DNA from: Podarcis muralis
Lineage: Eukaryota
Length of the DNA: 64,000 nucleotides
Assembly: GCF_964188315.1 (NCBI RefSeq)
Contig: NC_135655.1
Span: 81,158,001 to 81,222,000, forward strand
Direction: 5' to 3'
A program made the position numbers and the translations under genes. The notes under the pieces were generated by a model that worked only from the letters and a program-made list of their open reading frames with translations, was not told the DNA's origin and did not search any database. Positions 47,037 through 60,900 of this stretch are shown in pieces. Numbering within the stretch: position 1 is the first letter of the stretch; the number at the start of each line of letters is the position of its first letter.

Positions 47037-49221
47037 ATGCATCTTTGCTTACTCCCTAGTAAATATGTTTTGGGTAACAGTCCAACTCTGCAATCCAACC
47101 CCCCTTTGTCCTGGGCATGCAGGTGTGTGTGTACTGGGTAGAAGGGTCCCTCTGCCCAGTCCTGCTGGCTTCTACCTGCAATGTGACACCACTGCCATTC
47201 TGCCAACACAGAATTCAAGGTTATACCTACTGAGTTTGCAATGACAGTCCATAGAAAGTCCCAAAGGAGTGTTCCAGAAGAGCGGTGGGAAGGGGCTGAG
47301 CCAGCCCAAAATCTGATGGATCCCAAGGTGGCCCCACCACTGTCACATGGCAGCTTCAGGCTAGCAGCAGCCAAGAGGCTGCACACTTTCCAGCTCAGCT
47401 CAGATCAGGCACAGAGCTCTGATGCGGCTGCTGGAGACTGAGGAACAACTGAGACTGAGGAACATGAACCCCCAGAAGAATCTCCTGTGTCTGCAGGGTA
47501 CCTTCTTGGGCGCCTTCCCCTGAGGAACCAAATGCCTCCCCCAGAACCTCCTCACTAGTCCAGCAATACAGGGAGCACTATACAAGTTGGAAGTGAGAGA
47601 ACAATGGAGGAGTGCTCGTCTTCAGGCCAGAGGCATGGCCCTTTTAAGAATCTAGAGTTAATCACAAGTGGGTGGAGTCTGAGAGAAGTTACACTGAGTG
47701 CAGAGCTTAAATAGCCTCAGTCTGCTCCTAACCTTTACTGGAGCAAGTTGTTCACCTAGCTGCCTGTGGTCCTGTAAGCCTGGCTAGCTTTCTCTATGGG
47801 ATCTGGCATTAGCTTGCTTTTTGCCCTGGGTGGGGTGTGTTTCAGGGCTGCAGATGCAGCAGTGCTGGGGATTTGGGTTGATGCCCAATGGCATACTCCT
47901 CTCTGTGTCTCTTTAGAGGTAGGTACCGCTGAGTTCAGTGGAGCGGACTTCACTTCCAAGTAGTGCTGTAATTTGGGTTTCTTTTTAAATTATTTATGAA
48001 ATGCTGTGTATTTTGCTACTTTAAACCCTCCCCAAAGTGAGTACACCTTGGTAGCGCAGCTTATTGTCCCTATCTACTGCCTACCCAAATCTGGCTGTGC
48101 AGTGGGAAGGGGCAGGCAGTAGTGGTGAGCTGGCTTTGGGAAAGAGAGTGTGATTGGGGAGACCTCAGCTGTGCTTTTGCCATGCTGCTGCCCCACCCCA
48201 GTTAACTGCCATCACTCAGTAAAAGGAAGAAAGAAGGCTGTGGTCCACTTCTCAGTATACTGGACAAATGGTAGAAGAAGAGGACACTAGACTGAGCTGG
48301 AAATATTGGGCCATCCTATTTCTATATTTGCTTCTGAGTAGTAGCTGCTGGAGGACAATAGCAGTAGAGGATTCTCCTTCTTGGGGCTTCCTAGAGGCAT
48401 GTCCAGTTGGCCATTGTGGGAAAATGGGATGTTGGCTAGTTGGGCCTCTGGTGTTATCCAGCAGGGCTCTTGGTAAGGTTGATGGAATAAAGGATAGCAA
48501 GTTCAAGCTACTCATCACTGTCCTATTTCACTCCCTTGTCCCACCTCATTCAACTTGCTACCATGGCAATGGCTGTTGAAGGAGGACAAGGAGCTAAGAG
48601 TGGAGGGTTCTTCTGTTTCTTCCACACATCCTGTCTCATCAGAGGCCATGGCCAGAGCAACAGTCAGAGCCTATCCTGTTTCTTCAAGCCTGTCTATGTT
48701 CCCATATCACCCTGGACTCTCCTTGGCCTTGAAAAGGAATTATTCTTTCTCCATGCCCCAACCAGCAGCTGCATTTGTGTTTCCATTTAAGTCATAATAA
48801 TTATTACTAAATGTGCTTGTCTATATATATATATATCATTTAGCATATGCAACTCCACATCCTTTTTTCCTGATGCATTACCTCCTTTTTGGCAACATGT
48901 AACTGACAGCCCTATAATGCGCTGTGCTGCTTCTGCCCTTCTCCTCACTCCTGAACATGGGTCTTGGCAATGCTTCCAACATATACTGTCCCCCTTCCCT
49001 GCCATTCTGGACCTGTCTTTGGTAGATTAGTAGGCAGAAAGTAGTAAAAAGTACATAATTATTGTATGGATGAAGAACTTTATTTGTACAGTGCAAGGAT
49101 TCTTGGGGGTGTGTGTGCAATGATCAATTATGAGTTCCTCTGGGTTGCCTGTTTATTCTGAATGATGCTGTTCAATTTTGTTTGTTGACTTTAAGAATTA
49201 TTATGACTGTGTTTTTTATCA

Positions 49222-49414
49222 TTAGGAACATAGGAAGCTGCCTTACTGAGTCAGACTGCTGGTTCATCTAGCTCAGCATTGTATGCACTGACCGGCAGTA
49301 GCTCTCCAGAGTTTCCAGCCAAGGGCCATTCCTAGCCTTGCCTGGTGATGCTGAGGATTGAACCTGTGACCTTGTGCATGCAAAGCAGATGTCCTACCAA
49401 TGAGCCACAGCCAT
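49222..49414 (-). mobile_element. tRNA-derived SINE (Squam2-like)
   Basis: Minus strand reads ggctgtggctcattggtag...ttgcatgcacaaggtcacaggttcaatcctcagca (tRNA-like head) and ends ggcagcttcctatgttccta. Confidence 0.75.
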
Positions 49415-49458
49415 TGCTGTAAGTTGTCATGTGCTCCATTTTTGAAGGAGGGGACATA

Positions 49459-49805
49459 CCATATTTTTCTGTGTATAACATGCCCAACACGCCCCCGTGT
49501 ATAAGACGCCCCCAATTTTGGGGGACTCAAATTTAGAAAATGGGAGGCGATTGCCCAGGGTTGTTGAGCATTTGGGGGGATTGCCAAAAATTATTCACCC
49601 GCCCTATTGCCGCAGCAACAGCAAAACGACAAAAGCCCTTGCCGCAGCCACCAATAAACTGCCCAATCGCCGCTGACAATCTCCTGCTCGCGGCAGCAAC
49701 CAATCCCACGTCCCCACTATGCACTACCCAATTTTAAGAGGACCCCCAATTTTAAACATTCTTTTAGAATAAAAAAAACCTCATCTTATACATGGAAAAG
49801 TATGG
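49459..49805. mobile_element. Tc1/mariner MITE, 347 bp
   Basis: TIRs ccatatttttctgtgtataa / ttatacatggaaaagtatgg with TA flanks. Confidence 0.82.
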
Positions 49806-50134
49806 TAGATCTTTCAAACAAATATTGTAGCACAAAAATAGCAGCTTTATTCTCGTCATATGCTTTTTGCTTTATTCTCGTCAGCATTCCAGTTAATGAA
49901 GTGGATGTACACTCTATCCATTGTTAATGTGTACATGAGATTATTGAGTCAGATTGCCCATCCAAATTTAGCTAAGGGCTTTATGTTAATACACCAAAAG
50001 CTACACAAATCAAAATTTGGGAAGTCAGTGTGTGTCTGGGGTGGGGGTTCTTCTTGGTGAACTAATGTTTTCCCCTCTCCTACTGAGGCCAGACTTTGCA
50101 TAAACAGGCTCCTTTTTTAGTTATTGGCTATATA

Positions 50135-50305
50135 CAGGGGCGTAGCATGGGTTGTCAGCACCCGGGGCAAGGCAAGTAATTTGCGCCCCCTAACCCGTGG
50201 GTTAGCCAGGTAGGGGCAGAGAGCTGCGAGTGCGAGCGCGCCCCCCCCCCAGATGTTGCGCCCGGTGCGGCCGGCCCCCCCTGCACCCCCCACGCTACGC
50301 CACTG
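50135..50305. mobile_element. hAT MITE, 171 bp, CpG-rich
   Basis: TIRs caggggcgtagc / gctacgccactg; perfect 8-bp TSD gctatata. Confidence 0.92.
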
Positions 50306-51284
50306 GCTATATACTTGTAATGGATTTCACAGGGCTGAAGTCAAGTAAAATAGATATTGTTGACCTGTGGGTAATGTAGGGGGCAGTGGCAACTCCATGA
50401 GATATTTGGCACTGAGAAATAAAATTATGCAGCCTATAGAGATAATAGACATATATCATATTATAATATTATTTATATACATGATCTGTAGTTTGCATGA
50501 TTTGCTGCCTGATTTGACTTGTGAAAGGGGCATGGAATGTTTGAGGAATGGTCTTCCTCTTGTGGTGTATCAGTCTCTCTCATTAACTGTAGTTGAAATT
50601 TAAAAGCATTCCTGTTTACCCAGGCATTTGATGGCTGAAAGACACTGGCCAAGGCAACTTTGAGATTAGTGACTGTGATGGTATTATGTTGTTGCTTATA
50701 AATGTTCTAAATGGTTCTAGCTGTTTTTAGTTTGTTTTTAAATGTTTTAATTTTGAACTGTATTGCTTTAACTTTTTGATTTTTGCTCCTATGGATGTCT
50801 TTGAGAGAAAGGGTAGGATAGAAATGTAAGAAATAAGTAAATGCAAGTTGCAGAGCAATAGAAACTGAACTTCCAGTATTCTGAATTATTTTTTTTTTTA
50901 AGGTGCTCTTTACTGGGACAGCTTGTGTGGTGCTGTTATTTGTGTTTTATTGTGTTTACTTCCTGATTTGTGTTTTTTTAATCTGGAAGCTACTTTAAGT
51001 GCACATCATGGAGGAGTGAACTTTAAACACCAGCTTTCTCTGCTCTTGGGGCAGCTTAATGAATAAAGAATATATAAAATTAGCAGTTAAAATAAGCAAA
51101 CAAATGGCTATATCGTTAAATTTGATAAATAACTGCAAAGAGTTATTTATCTTGTGGTCGTAGCATCTCAGAGGTTCTATTTATTTATTTTGCAAAACCT
51201 CAAATGTGCACAAGGTATGCACAGGAATGATTCGCAACATTACCAATTGCTTTCGAATAAAAAAAGAAACAAGAAATAAAACTC

Positions 51285-51920
51285 AGTGCCCGCTTCCTCT
51301 GCAAGAATAGCCGCGCTCTGGCCCTTTAAGAGGGCAACGCCTCCTTACGCAGGGGAGGGAATAAAGCAGCGTCCTCCTCCTCATAGCGGGACCGGGAATA
51401 GAACGGGACTCCCTGCACGCATGCGCGCCTCAGTGATCTACGCAAGAGGAAACCTGTGTGGTGGACTTCATGGGACTACGTCAAGACGCAGGGCACGCAT
51501 CAGGGGGCGGGGTCCCGAAGCTGGAGAAGGATCCGCGCGGAGCCTCCCGGGCGCTGCGTGGGGCGTGGGGGGGCAGGGAGCCTCCGCGCCCCGCGAACCA
51601 TGTTCCGCTACCAGGTGAGGAAACGCTTTGTCGGGGTGTGGGCGCTGCCGGGCCTCCCTCCCTCGCTCGGGCGGAAGCGCCCAGGGCCACCCTTGCCGTG
51701 ACCTTTGACCCGTATTTGGAACTCTCGGCTCTCTTCTCTCCCCCCTCCCCCAAGCTGTCCGGCGCCGCGTGCTGGAAGAGAGGGGCCGCTCTAGGAGTCT
51801 GTGGACAATGACCCAGGAGGACCCCTGTCCGTGAACCCGGTGGAGTCTGATCTAGGCTGTGGGTGAGGGGGGGGGGGGAGCAGCCCCTTCCCGTTCCCTC
51901 AGCTCAAGGGGGCGGGTCTC
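51285..51920 (+). promoter_or_regulatory. CpG-island promoter of PATL1
   Basis: Abrupt GC and CpG enrichment; NRF1-like CACGCATGCGCG (51416-27, 11/12); GC box GGGGCGGGG (~51504-12); no TATA; surrounds the ATG exon. Confidence 0.88.
51600..51614 (+). CDS. PATL1: PATL1 coding exon 1 (MFRYQ)
   Basis: accATG followed by CAG|gtgagg. Confidence 0.9.
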
Positions 51921-54900
51921 CCAGTTGGGTGCCCTGTTAGGATGTGCGAAGGAGAGTGGCATCCTTTCCCCAACTCTGCTGCCTATGCCCTAAACAAGCG
52001 AATAACTAGCTGCTTTCATGTGGAGTGGCCTTTGGGGAAGGGTCTATTCTGAGGTGCTGATTTGTGTTTTCGGGTCCTGAGGGCCCTTTCCATGCCAGAA
52101 ACATGGGAGGGGGTCAGTCATCTGCAGCATAGATGGAGTTTGTGTATGGAGCACCCACAAATCCATTGCTATTCTGGGAATCCCTTAGGAAAGTCATGTG
52201 GGAAGAATGTACCAGGTGAATGTGGAATGACTTGCCCCAGTGAGACATTGGGGTTTGAACTATAGAAGGAAATTCGGGGATGCAACGGAGGTTCGCATCA
52301 CTGCGTGCAAAACTACATTGTATTAAGGAATAATATATATAACTGATTGGCTTTTGGACATGTGCTTTAGGGGATTTAACTAATTGGGCTTGCACATATT
52401 ATCTATTCAGTAAGATACTCTTGCAAAGTTACAGGAGTTCTCCTTTGTCTGCAAAAACTGACAAAGGAGGCTAAAACAGCAGAAACTGAGAATTCTTGCA
52501 TATTTTCTGTGCAGTGTTTACATTTGGATTCTGCTTGTAGATAGAACGTGTGATAGAGCTGTTGATAGGAACTGAAGAATACTGTGTTCTGAGGAACAGA
52601 TCACTGTGAGACTTTTAGGATAGAGTAGTGTGAAAAATGTCATGCAATTTAGTGTACAGGCATACTGGATTGCACTGAGGCAGTAGCCTGCAGCATTCAT
52701 TTGGAGGACTGTGTTCTGTGATTCAGGCATGTCTGTTCCACATCCTTTTTAAAGTATGCTAGGTTTTTTTCTATGGGGAACTTAATAGGCTGGAGCTCCT
52801 TCTCCATCTTTCTTCCAGTGTAGCTCCTCCCATGACAAAATCTGAAGTAGTTAAGCAAGGAGTGAGGAACCTTTTTCCAGCCTGAGGGCCTCATTCTCTT
52901 GTGACAAAACTTTTGGGGGCTGCATGCCAGTGATGGGCAGGGCAAGAACTGAATGCAGGCGGGACAACAGATGTGATTCTTTATCCTTTGTACAGTGGGA
53001 AAAGAGGGGAGAGTGCCCTTGTGCCGGAATCCTGCTTGCTGGTTTCCCACAAACATCTGGTTGGACACTGTGAGAACAGGTTGCTGAATTAGATGAGCCA
53101 TTGGCCTAATCCAGCAGGCTCTTCTTGTGTTACATTTAAGTGGCTTAAGCAGCAGTTTAACACCCCTGGGATAGTCGTTTAAGAGTGCAGAGTCAAGGTA
53201 CCTAACTTGGGATAGTTACCCCCTTAATCTTCTTTTAGTACTTTGTCTTGCGGCAAAGATGGTAAAAGCACAGCTCCTTTCTTTTCAGGGTTGTTCTGAA
53301 CTGCAGGTCCAAAGGAGGACTAAAAAATGCTTGAGTGATCAGTTCTATTGCTTTATTAAAGAAAGGTGTAGACTTAGAGCAAATCAGCCTGCCGGGTCTT
53401 CCAGCCTTTACAGACACAGGACAGACACTGCAGCAGAGAGATGGCTTGTCCACACCCAAGCAAACATTCCTATGTTCTTTATACACAAAGCAGCATACAT
53501 CACTCTGGCCAGGACTCCCCATCATTCCACCTGACTAGGTGATGGCATAGGTGGCAAATACCCAAATCTTACAGATAGTTCTCCTTTCTGGGCTTGGAGC
53601 CCAAGCCCCCCCCCCCCCCAAATAAGGATAACATAAAAGTAAGCCAATTAGCCTAAATCAAAGCAAGTGAATATAAACATATGAGCTCATCGCTAAAACA
53701 ACTACAGGTATCAATTAATTGTGGGGTTATCTTGACTACCAAGATGGTGTTTGCGGAGCTTCAGGAATAGTTCACTTTTGATTCAAAACAAGGGTCTAGC
53801 AATTCCAATTTACACAAGTGATTGAAAGCTTGAAATTAGGTGGCTGAGTTTAATTCTTTTAAGTTTGTCAACATGAAATGCAAGAGTATCATCTTGTGTA
53901 TGGTACAAGAAAGTGACTAGAAATAAAATGAAAAGAAGCTCCTAGCTTGCGTGGACACTGGGAGCATTGGATAGGCATTCTTTTTCACATTCTGAACACC
54001 ATGTAGGAATCAAGGGAACTGTTCTTGTTTTATTACTGTGCAGAAAAAGGCCTTTTCCACATGCTCTTGTGTGTGGAAGAACTGCTTAGTTGTTACTCGT
54101 TTGCATAAATCCACATTTGAGGTTTCACTACTGTTTGACAGATGTCTCATTTTTAAATCGGACTATGGGGAAAATTAGATTTCTTCCATATTCTCTTAAC
54201 TTATCACCACTAAATGGACACACCACTACTGTCCACCCTCCTCTGTTATGCTGTGAGTTTTTATGTGATTTAATGGCTGTTGGCTACACAAGGTATAACA
54301 GTCAAAAAGCTCTCCAGACTTTTCCTAGAGTCTTAAGCTGGAATCATCGGGAAGCTGCAAACAATTTTTTAAAAAATAAACCACACTTTCATTTCTCAGT
54401 CTCTTTTGCTGATGCAAGTGAAACTGATAGTTTCTTTTTTGGCCAGAAAAAGTAAATTGCACTTCCTATCTTGCTGTTTTCCCTCACTTCCAAGCAGACT
54501 CTGCTGTTTTGGCGACAGACCATTGCTCTTCCAACCCAGTAACCTTTGGAGACAGGATATAAACTGGTATAGAGCAACAAGGGGCTTGAACAAGGCTGAT
54601 AGAATTGTAGTTACTGTGCATTAAGCCCAAATGTATTAGTATGCTCTGGTAGGTAATGGGTTGCCATGCAAATCCGTTGACCAGTCAAATATTGGTCCCT
54701 ACGGTAAAGATATTTAAAACCAGGAATGCTGCTGTCTGGGTGGCATCTTACCTCTACAATGGCTTTTTTAAAGTTCACTTCGCTTTCTGTTTTAATTTCA
54801 TTCTTGCAAGATCATTTTTGAAAAACAAAAACAAAAAAACTGTGCTGGTTTCAAAGTTCTGGATAAAAGTCAGAGAAAATCTAATATTGGGCATATTTTA

Positions 54901-57900
54901 TATATTCCTGATAATGTATAATCATCTATGTGTTACAAAACTCTCTAATGTATTTCATGTGTTTACGAGGTTTTACTTGTACAGTTGTTGGCTTTATTTT
55001 GTTCTTTGACTGCGTATAAAGAATCTATATCTGATATTATGTGAATATTAACATTTTTACAAACTTGTTTAATGTTATTAAAATAGGGTGGTGGTTGTTT
55101 TTTTTTTAAAAACTATTTCATCCTTTCACCATGGCTCTGTTTGCACATAACATTAAGTCATACATAAAAGCAAAGCAATGGTTCACCATGAATGAACAGT
55201 GTGCTGCTTCATGCTGCTCAGTCACGATCACTTTGCTCTACCCACCTTGGAGCTGAGAAACTGATCAGGGAGGGGATGGCTTTGTGCTGCATGCAAGCCA
55301 GCAGTTGTGGTTTGTTCTTCCCAACAAACTATGAGCAGTAAGCCAAAAACAAAACTTGGCTTCGTCTCATGGATTGTTTGAAAAGAAACAAATCATGAGT
55401 CCTGCTTTGCACCTACTGCTAAGTCAGTTCCATGTTTTTGTCTCTTGGCAGCATAACTGAGCAGCATCCGCTAGCACACTTGCCCATTTGCAGTAAGCTG
55501 AGTTGAGTGTTTCAGACTATGTATGGCTTGCTGTGATGTGTGAACCAGGTCATAAACAGTCAACTATTTTGTTCTTGTAATTAAGCATCAAATCTGTTTA
55601 AAGTGTTCCATTTCCTTTTCTAATAAATTTAGTACTCTTAAGATATTTTACCATTACTTGACAATATTTAAATGAGTATTTGACTGGTGAGTTGACCAAA
55701 TATGTTTTGCCTCTTTCAAATGCTTAATACTGGAGGAATGCTTATTTGGATAGACATTTTCTTTTCTTATCCTGGATTTTCATACACATTGGCTTATTTG
55801 CCAGAGGATCTGTCTGTAAAAAGGTAAACCATGTGAAATGATTCTTCATTCAGAAAAAACTCTTGGCTGGTTTCTGTTCCTCTTCCTATTACTTTTGTTT
55901 TTTGCTCAGTGCAGATACTTTGTTTAGTTTCTTTCTGTATCCGACACAATTCGGGTCGCATTGTTTTACCTAACTAGAGAGCAAAGTCTGGTTTGTGCTT
56001 TGAAAGGTGCTCCGGTCCAAATTTAGCTTGAACTGACTCATGAGTAAAACCACTCCCTGGATGAAATTCTTTCTGGCATGCCAGAAAGGAAGTGAGAGCA
56101 TGAGAATACCAAAACTATGCAATCGTTTGCAAAAGGTGTGTTAAACACCCTTCTTGTTACAGGGAACATCAATGTGGAAAGCATGGTATAGCCAGTTTTC
56201 GGTCTTTGAGCCACTTAACTCTGCAGTTTTAAAGCAGAGTGAATGATTGTGGGATAGCAGAATGCCTTCTCACATTCATATAGTTCTCTGAAAATACAGG
56301 TAGTGAACTATGAGTGTGCTGCAGCCTACACTACTTATCTGCTTGTTCCAAACAGGAATAGAAAGACACTTGAGTTTTGCACACAGCTCAAGACCAGGTG
56401 TCCCCCACATGTCAACAGCGCCCTTTGCCTTTTTGAATCTCATGACACCTACAGAACTTTATATTCATAATAAGGAGTTGGTGTAGCAATATTACAAGAC
56501 GGGAAGGAGTGGGAGGAAATCACTGTGGAAGAGATAAGTTGCTGTGGGGGTAGCAAAATTAAAAGTGGTGAGTTTTGGTATGATCTGCCACAAGTTGATC
56601 TTTTTGAGAGGCTTTTTACCATAACAGTGCTGCATTTGAAGCTGCAAATGGATGAGTACTTAATTTTGCCTTGTAACATAGGAAGTGGCTTTCAGGAAGC
56701 TGCAGACTGTGATGGTTTGTGTGGGGATGTTGTCTTCTCTCATGGGGATTTTGTGCCTAGTTAATTCAGAATTGGTGCTTTGGTGGTGGGTGGAAGGGGT
56801 ATTGGTAGCATATGTCTTGGAAGGGTGAAGGAAGAACTGGTTGGAAGGATGAAGATGGGGACCCATCTACTGAAATTATGACTCATGCCTGGGGAGGAGG
56901 GGGAAGAGTTTGTGGGGAAATGCTTTGGAATACTACAAGAGGATGTTGAGATGCCTTTCTAGTTCCTGAAATCAATGCTGTGGGTTTCTTTTCTGTTAAG
57001 TCCCTTGAGGACTGCCCTCTGGATGAGGATGAAGAAGGCTTTCATAACTTGGCTGAGGAAGATGAAGATATCGACCAGTTTAATGATGACACATTTGGAG
57101 CTGGTGCAATTGGTGAGTTTGTCTAACAAGTGTACCCTGCCTTTTCATTCATATGCCGGAGGCTGTTTTATATATACTTCTTTTAATATAATATCCTTAC
57201 CGTGCTGAAACATCCTTATTTCTTCCAAAGTTGCACTGCTGATATTTGGGCTGCTTGTTAAATCCCTTTGATGTTCCAATCTTTTGCCCCAGGAGTTGTA
57301 GGCAGATGCTGCTGCAGCTGTAGAACAAGGAGGGAGTGATAGGGCAAGAATGGCAGGATCTTAAAGAAATATATCCCGTGAACCGCCCTGAGACCTGCAG
57401 GTGTAGGGCGGTATACAAATTTTAGTAAAAAAATATAACAGCAGCAGTAATAATAATAAATGTCCTTCCTGTCATTCCTTTGCAGATGATGACTGGCAAG
57501 AAGCTCATGAAAGGTTGGCAGAGCTGGAAGAGAAGCCTGCACCAGGAGGAGAGCAAGTGGATCCGGGAGTTGCCGATGAGATGGACCTGCTGGGGGACCA
57601 CGAAGAGAACCTGGCAGAGAGGCTCAGCAAGATGGTGATTGACAATGAGTTGGAAGATCCAGCCATCATGCAGGCTGTGCAAACTCGGCCTCCTGTCCAG
57701 GTGTGCAGCAAGTGATAGTGGGGTTACATAGTGGTGGGGAAAGAGCAATCTCATCTCTTTGGTAGGTTGCATAGGTTGGAGGGACCTCCATGTGACTTTT
57801 AATCCCTGTGTTCCCTTCTTTCCAGCAACAAGGTGGGCTCAACTCGAGCATCTGGGATGGGCCTTCAGTTCTCAGGCGCATCAGGGGACCGCTTCTGAAT

Positions 57901-60900
57901 CAGGTGCAGTGCTTTGTTTCATCTAAAGGGAATCTTGGTTTTTCCATAAAGGTGACTGTCTTCCTCCTGCCTCTCGCCCCCACCCCACCCCGGCTTCCAT
58001 TATCTAATGTTTTCTCTAGTGCACTGTACAGAAGATAATGACACTGTCTTTGCATGGGAGACTTGCAGACTTAAGTTCAATAGCCTACATTCTGCCTGCG
58101 TCTCTTCCCCAAATGTATAAATATTCAAAGTAAGTTGCTGGTGTGTTCTCCCCTTCTGCGCAGGAGGTCCCCTCTGTGTCAGTGCTGGAATATGCCCTTC
58201 CACAAAGACCTCCGCAGGCCCGAGAAGAGGAGCAGGACCTCTCGGAGCGGGCGCTGCCCAGGCGGTCATCTTCGCCAGTTATTGGCAGCCCTCCTGTCCG
58301 TGCTGTTCCTATTGGGACGCCACCTAAGCAGCCCACCATGCCCAACTTTAACCAGCAGGTATTGCTTCTTCCTTCTGGAATTGAGGGTGTGTGGATCTGG
58401 GATGGGGGCTTCAGCAAAGAACAGAATGAAAGCAAAAGGCACTCTGCTGCGTTGTGTAGCACAGAGGTTGCCACAGAGGTCTCAGTTTAGCATCTGCAAA
58501 GGCTAATGCTATTTTCCACCTGCGCCCTTGTCCCCTTGGAACGCTTGCTTACTTGCCCTTTTGCTGCTCTAGATGTCAAACTCTCCCATGATAGAAGCTT
58601 GTCTTCCGTCTGCCTGTCTCTGACAAAATGGGAAAACAGCATTAATTAAATATCTGAAACTTTTCATAAAAATGTAACACAGATGCCCTTTCAAGGATGT
58701 GACTTTCTCTCCAGTGGCGTTTTGAGTGTTCAGTGAAATGTGGGTCCAATCTGCTATTGAAAGAAGTGCTCTTGTTTGCTTTTGTTGTTCCCTTTCAAAT
58801 GCAATGAAGGTGATTGCTAGAAGCATGATATCTTAATGGTTAGGATGCAGTCTGGTACCTGGAGTTGAAAGGAGCATTTGGTGGTGATGTTTAATCTCAA
58901 CTCTACTGATTTGCTTATTTTGCTTTCATTTTTCTTCTCTTTCAATAGATCCTATGTCCAAAGCCTGTTCACATTAGAGTCCCCATTCAGCAGCGTTACC
59001 CAAGCCCCTTCAGTGAGAGAATGTCTCCAAACCAGCTCTGCAATATGACGGTAGTTCTGACTGAGCAAATCTCTGTGTTGGCTTGTGGTTTAACAACTGT
59101 TCTTGCCCTTAACTCTCCCCCAACATTCCTCGCTATTTAAAAATGTTCATGAAGGCCTTTACTCATCAATGTAACCTTCAGTCTCTCTTCTGTATTGCTT
59201 TGTTCTGAAATAAACCCCCTTCTGGCCTTGAACACATTCAGAATCCCTAGGGGGCAACACAGAGCCTGTCAGCTACAGGAGATTCCCAGTGCACTTTTGT
59301 GTGTTTGTAAGGTTTACTTGACCTTCAGTTTGGCTTTTGGTATAATTGTTCATTGTTAGACAAGAAAGCCTAAAACAAAAAAGCCTAAAAGGAGAAAGAG
59401 CTCAAATCTCCTGTCTTCTGTTTAATTTTCATGACACCCAATTTCATGTATTAAGATTCTTGGGTTTTGCCCTTGAAAGGACAGCACATACAACAGTTGA
59501 AATTTAGTGCTCCTGCTCCTTAGTGGTCTGGTGTACCCTTTTAATCATAAAGCAATTTAGCAGTATTGCAGCTTGTAATATCCTTCAGAAGAGATCCTCA
59601 GTATGGCTCTCCAGTGTTGAGATGTGATGATGATACTGTTTGCCTAATGCTAGAATGAATTATTTTGTCTTGTCCTGTATGATAGGAATGGCCAGTTATT
59701 TAAACGTCTCGTCTTGCTTGTTTCAGACGCTTCTAGCTTCTGCACTGCTCCTGCCTTCTGTTTTCTGTCATCTCAGTAATATCCAGAAGGAGGAACATAG
59801 GAATGTTCATGTTGTGTCAGACTGTTTCTACAGTCGGTGTGTTCTATTTTCCTTTTTCCAGAACTCCTCCCTCCTGGGCCACCCATTCCCTCCCAATGTT
59901 ACTCCTGTTCTCACCCACCTTCAAAGAGCACAGCTGCTAGGAGGAGCGCAGGTAAACATCTGACTACTGTCTTGCTCTCCTTTGCATTTTTGTGGTTGCA
60001 TCCTCTACAGCGGGGGTGGGGGACCTGTGAATCTCCAGAAGTTGCTGGACTCAAACTCTTAACAGCCCCTAGCCAGCATGACCAATGCTCAGGGATGATG
60101 GGAGATGGAGTTGAGCAACATCTGGAGGGCCACAGGGTCCTCACTCCTGGCCTATGGGCATTTGCTCTACTATGCAAGTTCTTCCTCCGTATACCTGCTT
60201 CTTGTGTTTGCTTCATTTGCCAGATCATATATTCGGAGGAGCCATCAGCAATGTAGCATTGGTATGCTTCTTTCTCTTGCATACCCTAGCAGATAAAGTT
60301 CTTGCAGTGATGATGCTGTTTTCTCCTGCTTCTCCCTACAGGCAGGGAGGCTGTCTCCCAGCCAGTTTGCACGTGTCTCTGGACTTGTCAGCAACCCTCT
60401 TGCGTCCATGAACCCCAAACTACTCCAGGGCCGAGTTGGGCAGATGATGCCTGCAGCTAGTGGATTTCGTGCCTACTTTGGGGCACCACCTGCCCCTTCA
60501 TCGCAACACCATTCCCCATGTCCTGGAGCCCACCTGCAGAATTTAAGGTATCCCATTTGCTTCACCTTTCTTCCAGTAAGACAGCTAAGCTGAATTGCGT
60601 GTGGGTTCTCCATTGCCCTTTCCTGAGAGAACTTTATTCCCTAGGCCTCAACCGCAGATGTTCCGGCCAGATACGACCCACCTTCACCCACAGCACCGGC
60701 GACTCTTGCACCAGAGGCAGCAGCAGAACAGGAAGTGAGTGTTGAGTGCATCTGTGTGCTTCTGCTGGTGGAGGGAGGGAAAGCTTAAATGCCTTCCCAG
60801 CACAAGAAGCAAAGTTCTGCCAAGGTTGTGTATACCTGGTGTCAAGGAAAAGCTATTTCTGTGTCTGATGTAGCCTGTATATAAATATATATCAAGTGCC

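Noticed and set aside
47190-48170. Possible LTR-like repeat
   Set aside because: Composition is suggestive, but termini and TSD could not be defined.
59620-59710. C/D-box snoRNA candidate (GTGATGA) in PATL1 intron 6
   Set aside because: No D box (CTGA) at a suitable distance and no terminal stem.
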